A program made the translations under genes and the position numbers. The notes below the pieces were generated by a model. It was given only the letters and a program-made list of their open reading frames with translations. It was not told where the DNA came from and did no database searches. A stretch of 64,000 nucleotides of DNA from an uncultured delta proteobacterium (GTDB lineage: Bacteria; Desulfobacterota; Binatia; UBA9968), in assembly GCA_963745835.1 (NCBI GenBank), contig CAVUZH010000013.1:672001-736000 (forward strand). The letters run 5' to 3'. Positions 9,858 to 19,596 of the stretch are shown here, one piece after another; the stretch's first letter is position 1; each line of letters opens with the position of its first letter.

Positions 9858-10868
9858 TTATTCCCGTTTCTCCCACCGTGCGATCAAGCCCAGCAAATCG
9901 CAGACGCGATTGGAGTATCCCCATTCATTGTCGTACCAACTGAGACACTTTAGATATCTACCGCCCGTAACGCTGGTAAATGCCGGGTCGAAAATAGAGG
10001 AGTGCGAATTCCCTATGACGTCGGATGATACGACGGGTGTTTCCATGAGTTGCAAAATGCCTTTCATCCGTTTCGACTCCGCCGCGGATTTTATCGCGCC
10101 ATGAACGTCCTCGGCACTAACGCGTTTCTGGAGCTCGACGAACAAGTCGACCACGGAGCCATCGGGCACCGGTACCCGCGCGGCGATTCCGTCCAGCCGT
10201 CCTTTCAATTCAGGCAAGACCTCGCCCACCGCCTTGGCCGCTCCGGTGGATGTCGGTATAATATTTTCCGCCGCGGCGCGGCTCCGCCGCCAATCCGAGT
10301 GCGGCACGTCGGCGAGGCGCTGATCGTTGGTGTAGGCGTGCACGGTATTGATGATTCCTTCCACGATACCGAAAGAATCGTGGAGCACCTTGGCCAGCGG
10401 CGCAAGACAATTGGTGGTGCAGCTCGCGTTAGAAATCATCCTGTGCTCGGGCTTGAGCCCGTCATCGTTGACGCCGATTACGACGGTATAATCGATCTCG
10501 TCCTTCGCCGGAACAGTCAGCACCACTCGCTTGGCTCCCGCATCCAGATGCTTGGCAAGTTGTTCCCTGCTAGTGAATATTCCCGTCGATTCGATGACGA
10601 CGTCGATGTCGATCTCGCGCCAGGGCAGTTTGAGCGGCTCCTTTTCACGAAGCATGCGCGTCCGACCGTGCGATGTCACCAGTTCATTGCCTTCGAGCCG
10701 CAGGGCGCCCTCAAAACGACCCATCACGGTGTCATAGTTGAGCAAGTATCGCAGCGCGTCGTGGTCGAAAAGGTCGTTGATCGCAACCAGTTCGGCGTCC
10801 GCCCGCTTATCGAGAATACGAAACACAGAACGGCCGATTCGACCGAATCCATTAATGGCAACTCTCAT
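9858..10868 (-). CDS. gap: Type I glyceraldehyde-3-phosphate dehydrogenase
   Basis: MRVAINGFGRIGR, catalytic ASCTTNCLAP, TVHAYT, WYDNEWGYSNR; ATG at 10868 overlaps the upstream stop (ATGA). Confidence 0.95.
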   Translation of the reverse strand: MRVAINGFGRIGRSVFRILDKRADAELVAINDLFDHDALRYLLNYDTVMGRFEGALRLEGNELVTSHGRTRMLREKEPLKLPWREIDIDVVIESTGIFTSREQLAKHLDAGAKRVVLTVPAKDEIDYTVVIGVNDDGLKPEHRMISNASCTTNCLAPLAKVLHDSFGIVEGIINTVHAYTNDQRLADVPHSDWRRSRAAAENIIPTSTGAAKAVGEVLPELKGRLDGIAARVPVPDGSVVDLFVELQKRVSAEDVHGAIKSAAESKRMKGILQLMETPVVSSDVIGNSHSSIFDPAFTSVTGGRYLKCLSWYDNEWGYSNRVCDLLGLIARWEKRE

Positions 10869-11884
10869 CGCCCACCTCCGATGGCATCGAGCCTGCCATA
10901 GTGCCGGACCACTTCGAGCACGCGGCACGCATGCCCCAGGCTCTCATACCAGGCCAGCACTTTGATTATTCTTTTTCCTGCTTTAATGGTGGCGAGCGAA
11001 TCGAAGAGCAAGGATTGCCGGCAACCGATGACATCCGAAGAAACAATCGGATCATCGGTCACGCCGATCAACGTCGGATGATCGGCAGCGGCGGCGCGCA
11101 TAGCTCCGTTCACTTGCTCGGCCGTGACGGTGCCAGCCTGCATGACGCAGTTAACATCGAGCAATGATCCGCGTTGGACCGGCACGTTAAGGGCGTAACC
11201 GCTCAACTTTCCCTCAAACTTGGGCAGAACAAGCTCCACCCATCGCGCGGACTCATTGTTGTTGGGGATGATATTCTCCGCCGCGGACCGGCTGCGCCGG
11301 AAATCTTTGTGTGCATAATTCTGCAGCGACTGATCGCTACTATAGGCGTGGACCGTCGTCATCGATGCGCAGTCGACTCCTAAGGCCTGATCCAGAGATT
11401 GCAATAAAAGCGCAAATGCATTGGTCGTCGCGGAACCGGCCGAAATCATTTTGTCCGCGGCGGCGGCGCTCCCTTCATTGATTCCCGGTACTACGATACG
11501 GTCGATTGATTCCGCCGGCAGCGACGCCAGAATGACCCGCGGGGCACCGGCGCGCAGATGGGCCTCCATGTCCCGACGACTCCGATATCTGCCCGTGGCA
11601 TCAACGACACAGTGGACGTTCAGAACATCCCATGGAACCTCGTCCGGCCGGGCAAGCTGGAGCATTCTTGTGCGGAACTTCTCGTTGATCAGGTAATTGT
11701 CCTGGAGCTCGCAGGGCGCCTCGTCCACGCCGTCGCTATTGAGCAGGTACTGAATGATTTCCGGTTTGCCGATATCGGCCACCGCGACGATTTCGATATC
11801 ATCTATTTCCCGCGCAAGGTGATACAGGTGCCGCCCAATTTGGCCCAATCCCATAATGCCGATTCGGATTTTACCATTACGCAT
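10865..11884 (-). CDS. GAPDH-fold paralog lacking the catalytic cysteine
   Basis: Full-length GAPDH-like (GLGQIG, TTVHAYS, RRSRSAAENIIP, PIVSSDVIG) but SAGSATTNA instead of ASCTTNC. Confidence 0.9.
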   Translation of the reverse strand: MRNGKIRIGIMGLGQIGRHLYHLAREIDDIEIVAVADIGKPEIIQYLLNSDGVDEAPCELQDNYLINEKFRTRMLQLARPDEVPWDVLNVHCVVDATGRYRSRRDMEAHLRAGAPRVILASLPAESIDRIVVPGINEGSAAAADKMISAGSATTNAFALLLQSLDQALGVDCASMTTVHAYSSDQSLQNYAHKDFRRSRSAAENIIPNNNESARWVELVLPKFEGKLSGYALNVPVQRGSLLDVNCVMQAGTVTAEQVNGAMRAAAADHPTLIGVTDDPIVSSDVIGCRQSLLFDSLATIKAGKRIIKVLAWYESLGHACRVLEVVRHYGRLDAIGGGR

Positions 11885-12021
11885 TTGGCCGCCTCCGTTT
11901 CCGCAAAATTAAGCGCTCGAAGTTGGCGTTTATCCATAGCCGAGAACTCTAACAACCGATCAACCAAAAGAAAATGCTTTTCTGAGGAAATCGTCAAACT
12001 GAACTGGAGGTGAAAAGGGAC

Positions 12022-12370
12022 AGGGGACAGGCTACTTTTTATCTACTTCCTCATTTCGCTTAGAGCGGGTCGGCCCCGTGGACGCATCGTACTCTCAAGT
12101 CCAAATAGACCTGCAATCGTCGTCTGCCAGTCTGGTTCTCCAAAAGGTCTTTGACGATTCACTGACTGACGAATTGAAGCCAATTTGATCGCTGATAACG
12201 GTTCGTCCATATGCGCCAGCCAGTCTGTCTCGACTTCCACAGGGCAGGGATCGGCCAGCTCGTTCCGACAGCAACTTGACCAAGGCCAATCATCTATCGA
12301 CGCTGCCAAGTCTGATCCGACTAGATTCTGCAACACATAGCGCAGGACCATGAGCAAATGTTCGTCGCGC
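12022..12370 (-). mobile_element. RAYT element copy 2, 5'-truncated
   Basis: Left IR AGGGGACAGGCTACTTT plus 3' half of the transposase; similarity stops at ~12370. Confidence 0.9.
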
Positions 12371-12441
12371 CTTTCAGCACGTTGCTAGACTTGGCCCTAA
12401 TGGTTCGAACGATTTCTCTTGTTTAGAAAATCCGGGTTAGC

Positions 12442-12731
12442 GATCTACCGCAGCCGCGGCAAGGGCTCTGGGCATGCTGCAATCGGGAGTAAGCCCGGTG
12501 CGAATGGAATTGCTTTCGGCTGCCGAACGTTGAGTGACCTGGTGTTGCACGATAGCCAATGGTTCGGGCAACAGACAGTAATTAGAACCGCCGATCTTTA
12601 CAGATCTTCGATCATTCAGGGATCGCTAAGTCCAAGTATCTACAGAGGCCCTCGTAACCGCGTGGGTTTTGCCTCCGTCACTCTTTCCTTGGACGAATAC
12701 CCGCTCAATCGGGAAAGCGATCGGACGCCCG
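12442..12731 (+). repeat. ~300-bp dispersed repeat, copy B
   Basis: Degenerate colinear copy of 707..1012. Confidence 0.8.
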
Positions 12732-12831
12732 TCGGTCCTGCAAAAAAGATCTGACCCTATGGTATTTCTCACCGCATACCAATGGGCGAACTGGTGTCCA
12801 GTGGGGAGAAATTTGCCGCATCGAGGGCTTA

Positions 12832-13872
12832 TTACTTGGGCAACAGAATTGTTTTCAATCTTGCCACTAGTTCAGGTTGTAAATCAAAAATGCCGGAGAC
12901 TAATTTTTCAACCTCTTCCCCCGCGGAAGGGTCTACGGCAAGGTTAGATTTCTTAGCCTCCGCTAGAAATTCCGGATCGCGCATCGTCTTCATGAACGCT
13001 TCCCTCATGGTGGTTGTCCGATCGGCTGGAGTCCCGGGCGGAAAAGCGTACAGGCGTGTGATCGAACTGGTGGTTTCGATACCCACTTCGATCAGTTTTC
13101 TTGCTTCGTCCGTTTTAGCAAAGTCGTATGCCAAGGGCACATTGGGCAGATCCGGTAATGGCTGTTTCGTCACCTGCAAAAGAACCCTCACGTCGCCGCT
13201 TCTTAGCGCGCCTGTCCAAGTGGGCTTAATAGACTCCCATTGCCAACAACCCCCTGCCAACTCACCGGATTCAGCGCCTAACCGAATCTCGGCAGTCCCG
13301 GGGTACCCCGTCACTACCTGCATGGGTAGTCCCAAGGCTTCTTTGAGAATAAACGCTGAGTTTCCGGGCGCAGTGCCTGCTATGCCGCCTAATTTGACCG
13401 GCGTCTTTGAAGTCAACCATTTTTTCATGTCCGTAATACCGCTCGCCGTTGTTAAGGCGCATACAATATGATCTTTCCCGGGCACACCGAGCCATTGAAA
13501 TTCTTTGGCCTTAAAGGTAATGCCTTCTCTTCCCAGGAGTTGCCCTAAGACCAGATCTCCTATGAAGTTGCCGATGGTGAGGCCATCCGGTTTAGCAACA
13601 TCATAAACGTGCTTGGCAGCAATCAGCGTTCCCGCACCGGGCATGTTCTGTACGATGACACTGGGGTTGCCTGGAACGTGCTTTCCCAAATGTCGCGCAA
13701 TAACTCGCGAGTAGGTGTCGAATCCTCCGCCCGCTGAGGCGCCTACCACGATCCTTATGGTTGCCCCTTTGTAAAATGGCTCCTGAGAGTGGAGCCGCGC
13801 AGCCCCAAAAATGGTAACGCAGAAAGCGGCCATTGCTCCTAACGCAATGCCAAAACACTTTCGAATTGCCAT
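12832..13872 (-). CDS. Bug/TctC tripartite tricarboxylate transporter substrate-binding protein
   Basis: Signal peptide; IVVGASAGGGFD..R..ARHL...PGNP...NMPGAG...AKPDGLT motif. Confidence 0.9.
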   Translation of the reverse strand: MAIRKCFGIALGAMAAFCVTIFGAARLHSQEPFYKGATIRIVVGASAGGGFDTYSRVIARHLGKHVPGNPSVIVQNMPGAGTLIAAKHVYDVAKPDGLTIGNFIGDLVLGQLLGREGITFKAKEFQWLGVPGKDHIVCALTTASGITDMKKWLTSKTPVKLGGIAGTAPGNSAFILKEALGLPMQVVTGYPGTAEIRLGAESGELAGGCWQWESIKPTWTGALRSGDVRVLLQVTKQPLPDLPNVPLAYDFAKTDEARKLIEVGIETTSSITRLYAFPPGTPADRTTTMREAFMKTMRDPEFLAEAKKSNLAVDPSAGEEVEKLVSGIFDLQPELVARLKTILLPK

Positions 13873-13891
13873 AAGAACGGTTCTCCTTGCG

Positions 13892-14605
13892 TTAAACCGC
13901 TTCCATTGCTAGCGCCAGCCCAAGCCGAAAAACTCGATAGAATTCCATCGATTCACGCGCTGCTTTCAGGATGCGTTCTTCATTTCCCTTGCCAAACTCT
14001 GTCAGAACCGGGAGAAACATTTCGCCGTGCTCCTCATCCGCCTCTGCGTGGGCCGCGAGATTGGGAATCTGTTCCCATTTAAGACCCATATCTTCAGCCC
14101 ATCGGATGCCTTCTCGCCGCGAGACTCCTCCGCCGGAATCCAGAAATAAACGATCATCGTTGGCCCACTCCGTAGCCATAAGAGCAGCGAGGCCCTCCAG
14201 CCAATGATGCTCGCGCGTTATCCAACCCCACGCATAGAGTGTCGCGCGCGTTGAAGGCAACGGTTCAACGTTGAGCGCTTGATCTGGGCTCAAACCCAGA
14301 GTTCGAGCTTGACGAACGATAAGCTCCATATGTCCGAAATCGGAGTATTTGTCCTGCACGATTTCGTCGTACTCGTGCGCGAGGATCTTCTGCTTCACTG
14401 ACATTTCCGGACAATTACCCGAGACAAACGCCCAACAATCACGACGATGCTTGATAAATACCCCGAGTTGAAGCAAAGAAATCTTCGCGCGTTCGGGAGT
14501 AAATTTTACTGAAAAGAAACGGTCGAATTCAGGGGTTTTCACTCCCTCTACAACAACCCGTCCAAATGCTTGTTTCCACTCATGTTCGGTCATGAAGCCT
14601 CCCAT
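13892..14605 (-). CDS. Heme-oxygenase-like diiron (TenA/PqqC/CADD) enzyme
   Basis: E...H, TE and HxxxDxxH (HAEADEEH) metal-ligand pattern. Confidence 0.75.
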   Translation of the reverse strand: MGGFMTEHEWKQAFGRVVVEGVKTPEFDRFFSVKFTPERAKISLLQLGVFIKHRRDCWAFVSGNCPEMSVKQKILAHEYDEIVQDKYSDFGHMELIVRQARTLGLSPDQALNVEPLPSTRATLYAWGWITREHHWLEGLAALMATEWANDDRLFLDSGGGVSRREGIRWAEDMGLKWEQIPNLAAHAEADEEHGEMFLPVLTEFGKGNEERILKAARESMEFYRVFRLGLALAMEAV

Positions 14606-14656
14606 TCAAAAAGCCCATCCTTAATACGACTCTGTGCGCTGAGGTCTTTCCGGATA

Positions 14657-14995
14657 TCAGACCGGCCACCCATGTTCAGAGATGTCCACCCGATTGCCTT
14701 CAGGGTCCTCTATCCAGCTCTCCGCAATGGCCCCGTAGACGTTTGAGTTTGCGGTAGTACCGACGAACTCCTCGACGGCTTTGACGCTCGTCACTACAAA
14801 ACCAAAGTGATGGATGCCCCAGGGAAGGTTCGGCGCATTGATCAGGGCAACGTCAACGAAGCCATCGGACAGATAAATCGTTCCATTCGGACCACGTTCC
14901 TTTTCTTCCAGCTTGAATACACCTTTGTAATACTCGGCAGCTTTTTCGCGATCTTCAACGTTGATAGCGATATGGCGAATGCGTGGTTTACTCAT
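14657..14995 (-). CDS. VOC/glyoxalase family protein
   Basis: IRHIAINV...HHFGF...DPEGNRVDI; start MSKPR at 14995. Confidence 0.9.
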   Translation of the reverse strand: MSKPRIRHIAINVEDREKAAEYYKGVFKLEEKERGPNGTIYLSDGFVDVALINAPNLPWGIHHFGFVVTSVKAVEEFVGTTANSNVYGAIAESWIEDPEGNRVDISEHGWPV

Positions 14996-15224
14996 AAGAA
15001 ATCCCCCCCTTTGAAAGACCCTTTTTCGCGTTGGACGCACCTTTCAATGGGACCTGTAACCCCTCTCACAATCGATGTCAAATAACTCGGCGGATAAAAC
15101 TAAACAGAAAAGTAACGGGTCAGAACAAGCAGGAAAAAGAGTCACTCATGAACAGCTTGTCAAATTCTCTTTAGATGCAACTCTCGAGCTCGGGCGAAGT
15201 TGTTACATTCAATCGGACGCCGAG

Positions 15225-15295
15225 TTCTTCCGTTCACTGCTTCGTTGGACCCCGCAGAATACCCGCTCAAATTGGGGAAGTGCTCGGACGCCGGG
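15225..15295 (+). repeat. Dispersed repeat copy C (3' part only)
   Basis: ttcttccgttcactgcttc...cgcagaatacc...gggaag.g.tcggac matches ~940..1012. Confidence 0.7.
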
Positions 15296-15317
15296 ATTAC
15301 AACTGAGGCATGGTGTA

Positions 15318-16054
15318 AAGGGGCCAGGCTACTTTTTTATCTACTTCCTCATTTCGCTTCGAGCGGGTCGGCCCCGTGGACGCATCGTACTCTCAAGTCC
15401 AAATAAACCTGCAATCGTCGTCTGCCAGCCTGGTTCTCCAAAAGGTCTTTGACGATTCACTGACTGACGAATAGAAGCCAATCGGCTCGCTGATAACGGT
15501 TCGTCCACATTGCGCTAGCCAGTCTGTCTCGACTTCCACAGGGCAGGGATCGGCCAGCTCGTTCCGACAACAACTTGACCAAGGCCAATCACCTATCGAC
15601 GCTGCCAAGCCTGATCTGGCTGGATTCTGCAACACGTAGCGCAGGACCATTAGCAAATGTTCGTCGCGCTGCACTGGAAAACTTTTAACCGGCCTGCCAA
15701 ACATGCCCGCTGCTGCCGTAATGCTTGTGATAACGCCGTACGTACTGGTCAATAGCCATTGCATGAATCGGCTCAGAGACTGGTGATGCGAAGCTTCAAT
15801 CAGAAAGTGAAAGTTCGATTCGGCATCAGAGAGAAAGCAAACATCTTAACTGGGTGCCGCGCTTTTGCTAGCGCGACGATGGAAAGAAAGGCTTGGTAAT
15901 CTTGAGCTTTATGAAAGATAGTTGCGCGACCGTTCCCTCGGTTGATCACATGATAAACAAAACCAGCCTGTTGCGCACGCGGGATTCTCGGCATGGCAGG
16001 GCTTTATCATATAGGCGAACGTGATCACAAACGATGAAAGTAGCCTGTCCCCTT
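15318..16054 (-). mobile_element. RAYT element copy 3 (several indels)
   Basis: Both IRs present; near-identical to copies 1 and 4. Confidence 0.9.
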
Positions 16055-16089
16055 TAATCCGCCAGCCTTTTGAATTCGCCGCTGCCGCA

Positions 16090-16119
16090 TTGACAATTTA
16101 AGCCCGCGCGCGATAGCGT
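16090..16119 (+). promoter_or_regulatory. Possible sigma70 promoter for the racemase gene
   Basis: TTGACA, 18 bp, TAGCGT. Confidence 0.35.
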
Positions 16120-16179
16120 TGAGCAACGCCGGCCGTCGAGATAAGCATCGGCGATTGCCGGAAATGTTTTTGCTCACAA

Positions 16180-16905
16180 ATGGAGAACCCGGAGGGACTC
16201 ATGCGAGTTCTGCTCTTGCTTAACGGTCCTCGCGAGCGTTACGTCGGCGGCGCCGATACCGCACGCCAGATCAAGTGGCGCGACTACTGCTCGCCCGCCA
16301 CCGAACTGGAGATCGGTTATCTGCCGAGCGTGGGAGAAGGCCGCGACGGCGCCAAGGTGTACGGATTTGGAACAAGAGAGGCGCTGACTCTCGGGCCGTT
16401 ATATCCGGATCGTTGCGCAATGGCGGAGCGGGATGGATTCGATGCGGTTATCATCCACTGCTTCATAGATCCCGGCTTGCGCGCGGCGCGCGACCGGGTG
16501 GGCATCCCGGTTGTCGGGCCGGGAGAGGTGACGCTCAGCGCCGGCGCGAGTCTAAGCGGTAAGATCGGCATGGTGACACCGAGCAATGAGACCGTGGATT
16601 CGCACTGGGATCAAGTAAGGGGTCTTGGCCTTGAGAAGCGATTTGTCGGAATCGAAGCGATCGAAGGTCCTCTCCTGCCATTTCCGCAACAAGACCCGCG
16701 AGCGATGACAGAGGCTCTGGTTGCCGCCGGCCGAAAGCTGATCGAGAAAGGCGCCGAACTGATTTGCCCTTCAGGGCTCGCCTATATTCCGATTCGGGTT
16801 TCCGCCGGTGAAGTCTCGCGCAAGCTGGGGATTCCGGTTCTCGATCCGGCCCTCCTTTCGGTTAAAACAGCGGAGATGCTGGTTTCAGCTCTCGAGTATC
16901 CTTGA
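16180..16905 (+). CDS. Asp/Glu/hydantoin racemase family protein
   Basis: GFDAVIIHCFIDPGL.AAR..VGIPVVGPGE and C-terminal GIPVLDP motifs. Confidence 0.85.
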   Translation: MENPEGLMRVLLLLNGPRERYVGGADTARQIKWRDYCSPATELEIGYLPSVGEGRDGAKVYGFGTREALTLGPLYPDRCAMAERDGFDAVIIHCFIDPGLRAARDRVGIPVVGPGEVTLSAGASLSGKIGMVTPSNETVDSHWDQVRGLGLEKRFVGIEAIEGPLLPFPQQDPRAMTEALVAAGRKLIEKGAELICPSGLAYIPIRVSAGEVSRKLGIPVLDPALLSVKTAEMLVSALEYP

Positions 16906-16917
16906 GAATCGAAATCT

Positions 16918-17076
16918 CACCACGAAGGCCGCCAAGAGCACGAAATTTACTCCGGAGTCTGTGAACTGGGTGAAAAGCGATTCGCAGATTCCACCGCCGG
17001 GGCACCGAGGCCGCAGAGCAAAGAGTTTTCAATCAAAGATACTTCGAAACTCAGCGAACTTTGCGTCTCTGCGGTG
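16918..17076. repeat. REP-like palindromic repeat (CACCAC/GCAGAG family)
   Basis: Arms CACCGCCGGGGCACCGAGGCCGCAGAG (16992) and CTCAGCGAACTTTGCGTCTCTGCGGTG (to 17076), between convergent genes. Confidence 0.6.
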
Positions 17077-17134
17077 AAATACTTCTTTGGTTGCGGCTGC
17101 TCTGTGCACTTGGTCAACGAACCCGCCCTGTGAA

Positions 17135-18085
17135 CTATTTCAGCGCCTTCAAAAATGAATAATCGAGGATCTCATTTACCGTCAAGGGTTTGTTTGTTTC
17201 GCCGCGGCCGTAAATCATTTCCAGGTACTTGTTCAAACCGCTCTCGGCCATAATCATATCGTCCAGCAATACGCCGCTAATATCGTCGTAGGCCTCTTCG
17301 GCGACACCCTGATCGACAGCGAAACTCTGCATGATATAAGCAATCACGGCCTTGCGATCCTGGCGAATCGACTTAATCGCCTCGAGCATGGCTCTGAGCG
17401 TGTTTCTCAGGCGATCGGGATGCTTTTGAATTTTTTCTCTGGTCGTGACGAGACCATTAAAAGGAGACGCCTCGATCACGTCTCCGCTTCGCTTGAGAAT
17501 CTTGAAACCCTTGCGCGCCATTACCCCGGTGAACGGCGGGCTGAGAACCGCGCCTTCGACAAGCCCTCGCTCGAGCGGCAGCATGTTCAAGGCGGTGCTT
17601 CCCGTTTGGATCCAGGTAACCTTCTTGGGATCGGCGCCGCTTTTTTCCAGCATAACGGCTCCGTTGAAATGGCTTTCAGAGCCGATTCTCGAAACCGAGA
17701 TTTTTTTGCCTTCGAGCGACTTGGGGTTCGGTAGCGCGCTGAGCAAAGAAAAGAGCGGGGCCCGGTAAAGCACTGCGACGGCTTTGACTGGCATTCCCTT
17801 GCCGATCCCTTCGATGGCCGTGCCGATGCCGGTGATGAAATCCAGCTCGCCCGCCACCAGCCCGGCCAACTGAAGATTGCTCCTGATTTGAATGATTTCG
17901 ACTTCCAGGCCGTACTTGTCGAAGAACTTCTTGTCTTTGGCATAGTAGAAGGGCATCAGGACGACGTTTCTCGTCGATAGTCCAAGCCGGATCTTTTCAG
18001 CACCCCACGCCGCCTCGCTCCAGGGCAATCCGACACATATCGTAATAAGCAGCCAACTATTCCAACTTCGCAGTGCTGACAGCAT
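17135..18085 (-). CDS. ABC-type substrate-binding protein (NMT1/SsuA/THI5-like)
   Basis: Signal peptide; AKDKKFFDKYGLEVEI...LEGKKISVSRIGS...DYSFL. Confidence 0.9.
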   Translation of the reverse strand: MLSALRSWNSWLLITICVGLPWSEAAWGAEKIRLGLSTRNVVLMPFYYAKDKKFFDKYGLEVEIIQIRSNLQLAGLVAGELDFITGIGTAIEGIGKGMPVKAVAVLYRAPLFSLLSALPNPKSLEGKKISVSRIGSESHFNGAVMLEKSGADPKKVTWIQTGSTALNMLPLERGLVEGAVLSPPFTGVMARKGFKILKRSGDVIEASPFNGLVTTREKIQKHPDRLRNTLRAMLEAIKSIRQDRKAVIAYIMQSFAVDQGVAEEAYDDISGVLLDDMIMAESGLNKYLEMIYGRGETNKPLTVNEILDYSFLKALK

Positions 18086-18125
18086 AAATCCTTCTCCAAC
18101 TGTTTACGGAGGCCTCGGATACGTT

Positions 18126-18155
18126 CTTTGCCGGCTAAAACTTACGCCGGCAAAG
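18126..18155. terminator. Intergenic hairpin
   Basis: ctttgccggc / gccggcaaag 10-bp stem. Confidence 0.4.
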
Positions 18156-18176
18156 CGCCGTTATCGACCGCATCTC

Positions 18177-18530
18177 TCAAGTTGGCCACATATCGAGAAC
18201 GACGTCGATCCGGTTGCCCTGGGGATCGATAATATAGTTTTCCGCATGCCGGCCTGGCGCCGTCTCCCCTTGATGAACGGGAGTGATGGCGTTGATGGGA
18301 TCGAGTGACGGTACCAGAAAGCCAAAGTGCCAGATGCCATTCGGCTGATTGTCTTTGGCTGCGTTGATGGCGATATGCATGAAGCCGTCGGTCATGTAAA
18401 TGCTGCTCTTATTACCGCGCGGGTTTCTCCTGACGACCTTCAAGCCGAAGGCTTTCTCGTAAAACGAGCTGAGCTGGTCGGGGTCCTCCGAACGGATGGC
18501 GATGTGTCTGACTTGCATTCTATCCGGCAT
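18177..18530 (-). CDS. VOC/glyoxalase family protein
   Basis: VRHIAIRS...WHFGF...DPQGNRIDV; paralog of 14657..14995; start 18530 after AGGAGAG. Confidence 0.88.
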   Translation of the reverse strand: MPDRMQVRHIAIRSEDPDQLSSFYEKAFGLKVVRRNPRGNKSSIYMTDGFMHIAINAAKDNQPNGIWHFGFLVPSLDPINAITPVHQGETAPGRHAENYIIDPQGNRIDVVLDMWPT

Positions 18531-18566
18531 AAATTCTCTCCTTTCGGTTGGTTGTTCCCAGCGGAC

Positions 18567-18593
18567 TTGACAACAAAACCATTCATTTGTCAA
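18567..18593 (-). promoter_or_regulatory. Inverted repeat TTGACAA-N13-TTGTCAA overlapping a -35 box upstream of the VOC gene
   Basis: Read directly from the sequence. Confidence 0.4.
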
Positions 18594-18695
18594 TGAACAA
18601 GCAGCCGTGAAGATTCGGTTCACCGACGCCAAGTGCTGGATCTGTGGAGGGAGAAGAGCCGCGAGGGCCATTAATGTCGACGACCAGGAGGTGTA

Positions 18696-19430
18696 AAGGG
18701 GACAGGCTACTTTTTATCTACTTCCTCATTTCGCTTAGAGCGGGTCGGCCCCGTGGACGCATCGTACTCTCAAGTCCAAATAGACCTGCAATCGTCGTCT
18801 GCCAGTCTGGTTCTCCAAAAGGTCTTTGACGATTCACTGACTGACGAATTGAAGCCATTGGCTCGCCGATAACAATTCGTCTACATGCGCCAGCCAATCT
18901 GTCTCGACTTCCACAGGACAGGGATCGGCCAGCTCATTCCGACAGCAACTTGATCAAGTCCAATCATCCATCGACGCTGCCAAGCCTGATCTGACTGGAT
19001 TCTGCAACACGTAGCGCAGGACCATGAGCAAATGTTCGTCGCGCTGCACTGGAAAACTTTTAAACCGGCCCTGCCAAACATGCCCGCTGCTGCCGTAATG
19101 CTTGTGATAACGCCGTACGTGACTGGTCAAGAGCCATTGCATGAATCGGCTCAGAGACTGGTGATGCGAAGCTTCAATCAGAAAGTGAAAGTGATTCGGC
19201 ATCAGAGAGAAAGCAAACATCTTAACTGGGTGCCGCGCTTTTGCTAGCGCGAGGATGGAAAGAAAGGCTTGGTAATCTTGAGCTTTATGAAAGATAGTTG
19301 CGCGACCGTTCCCTCGGTTGATCACATGATAAACAAAACCAGCCTGTTGCGCACGCGGGATTCTCGGCATGGCAGGGCTTTATCATATAGGCGAACGTGA
19401 TCACAAACGATGAAAGTAGCCTGTCCCCTT
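18696..19430 (-). mobile_element. RAYT element copy 4 (premature stop)
   Basis: Both IRs; ORF 18954..19370 ends DDWT* where other copies read DDWPWSS. Confidence 0.9.
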
Positions 19431-19596
19431 GTGCGGACCTATTCCGACACCGATGGACTGAAAACAGGGACGCGTAGATCAGGGGTCGCAATCCTGCAAG
19501 TTGAAAAATGGGAATAAGAAAATTCTCACAGGAACGTGTGTGTCCTCTTGACCTGCCTTCTAATGGCGACCCCAAGTTTCTCGACCGACCTTTCCT

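Noticed and set aside
10050-10901. 283-aa + strand ORF
   Set aside because: Antisense shadow of gap
10865-11884. Erythrose-4-phosphate dehydrogenase (epd)
   Set aside because: Epd retains the SCTTN cysteine; this protein does not
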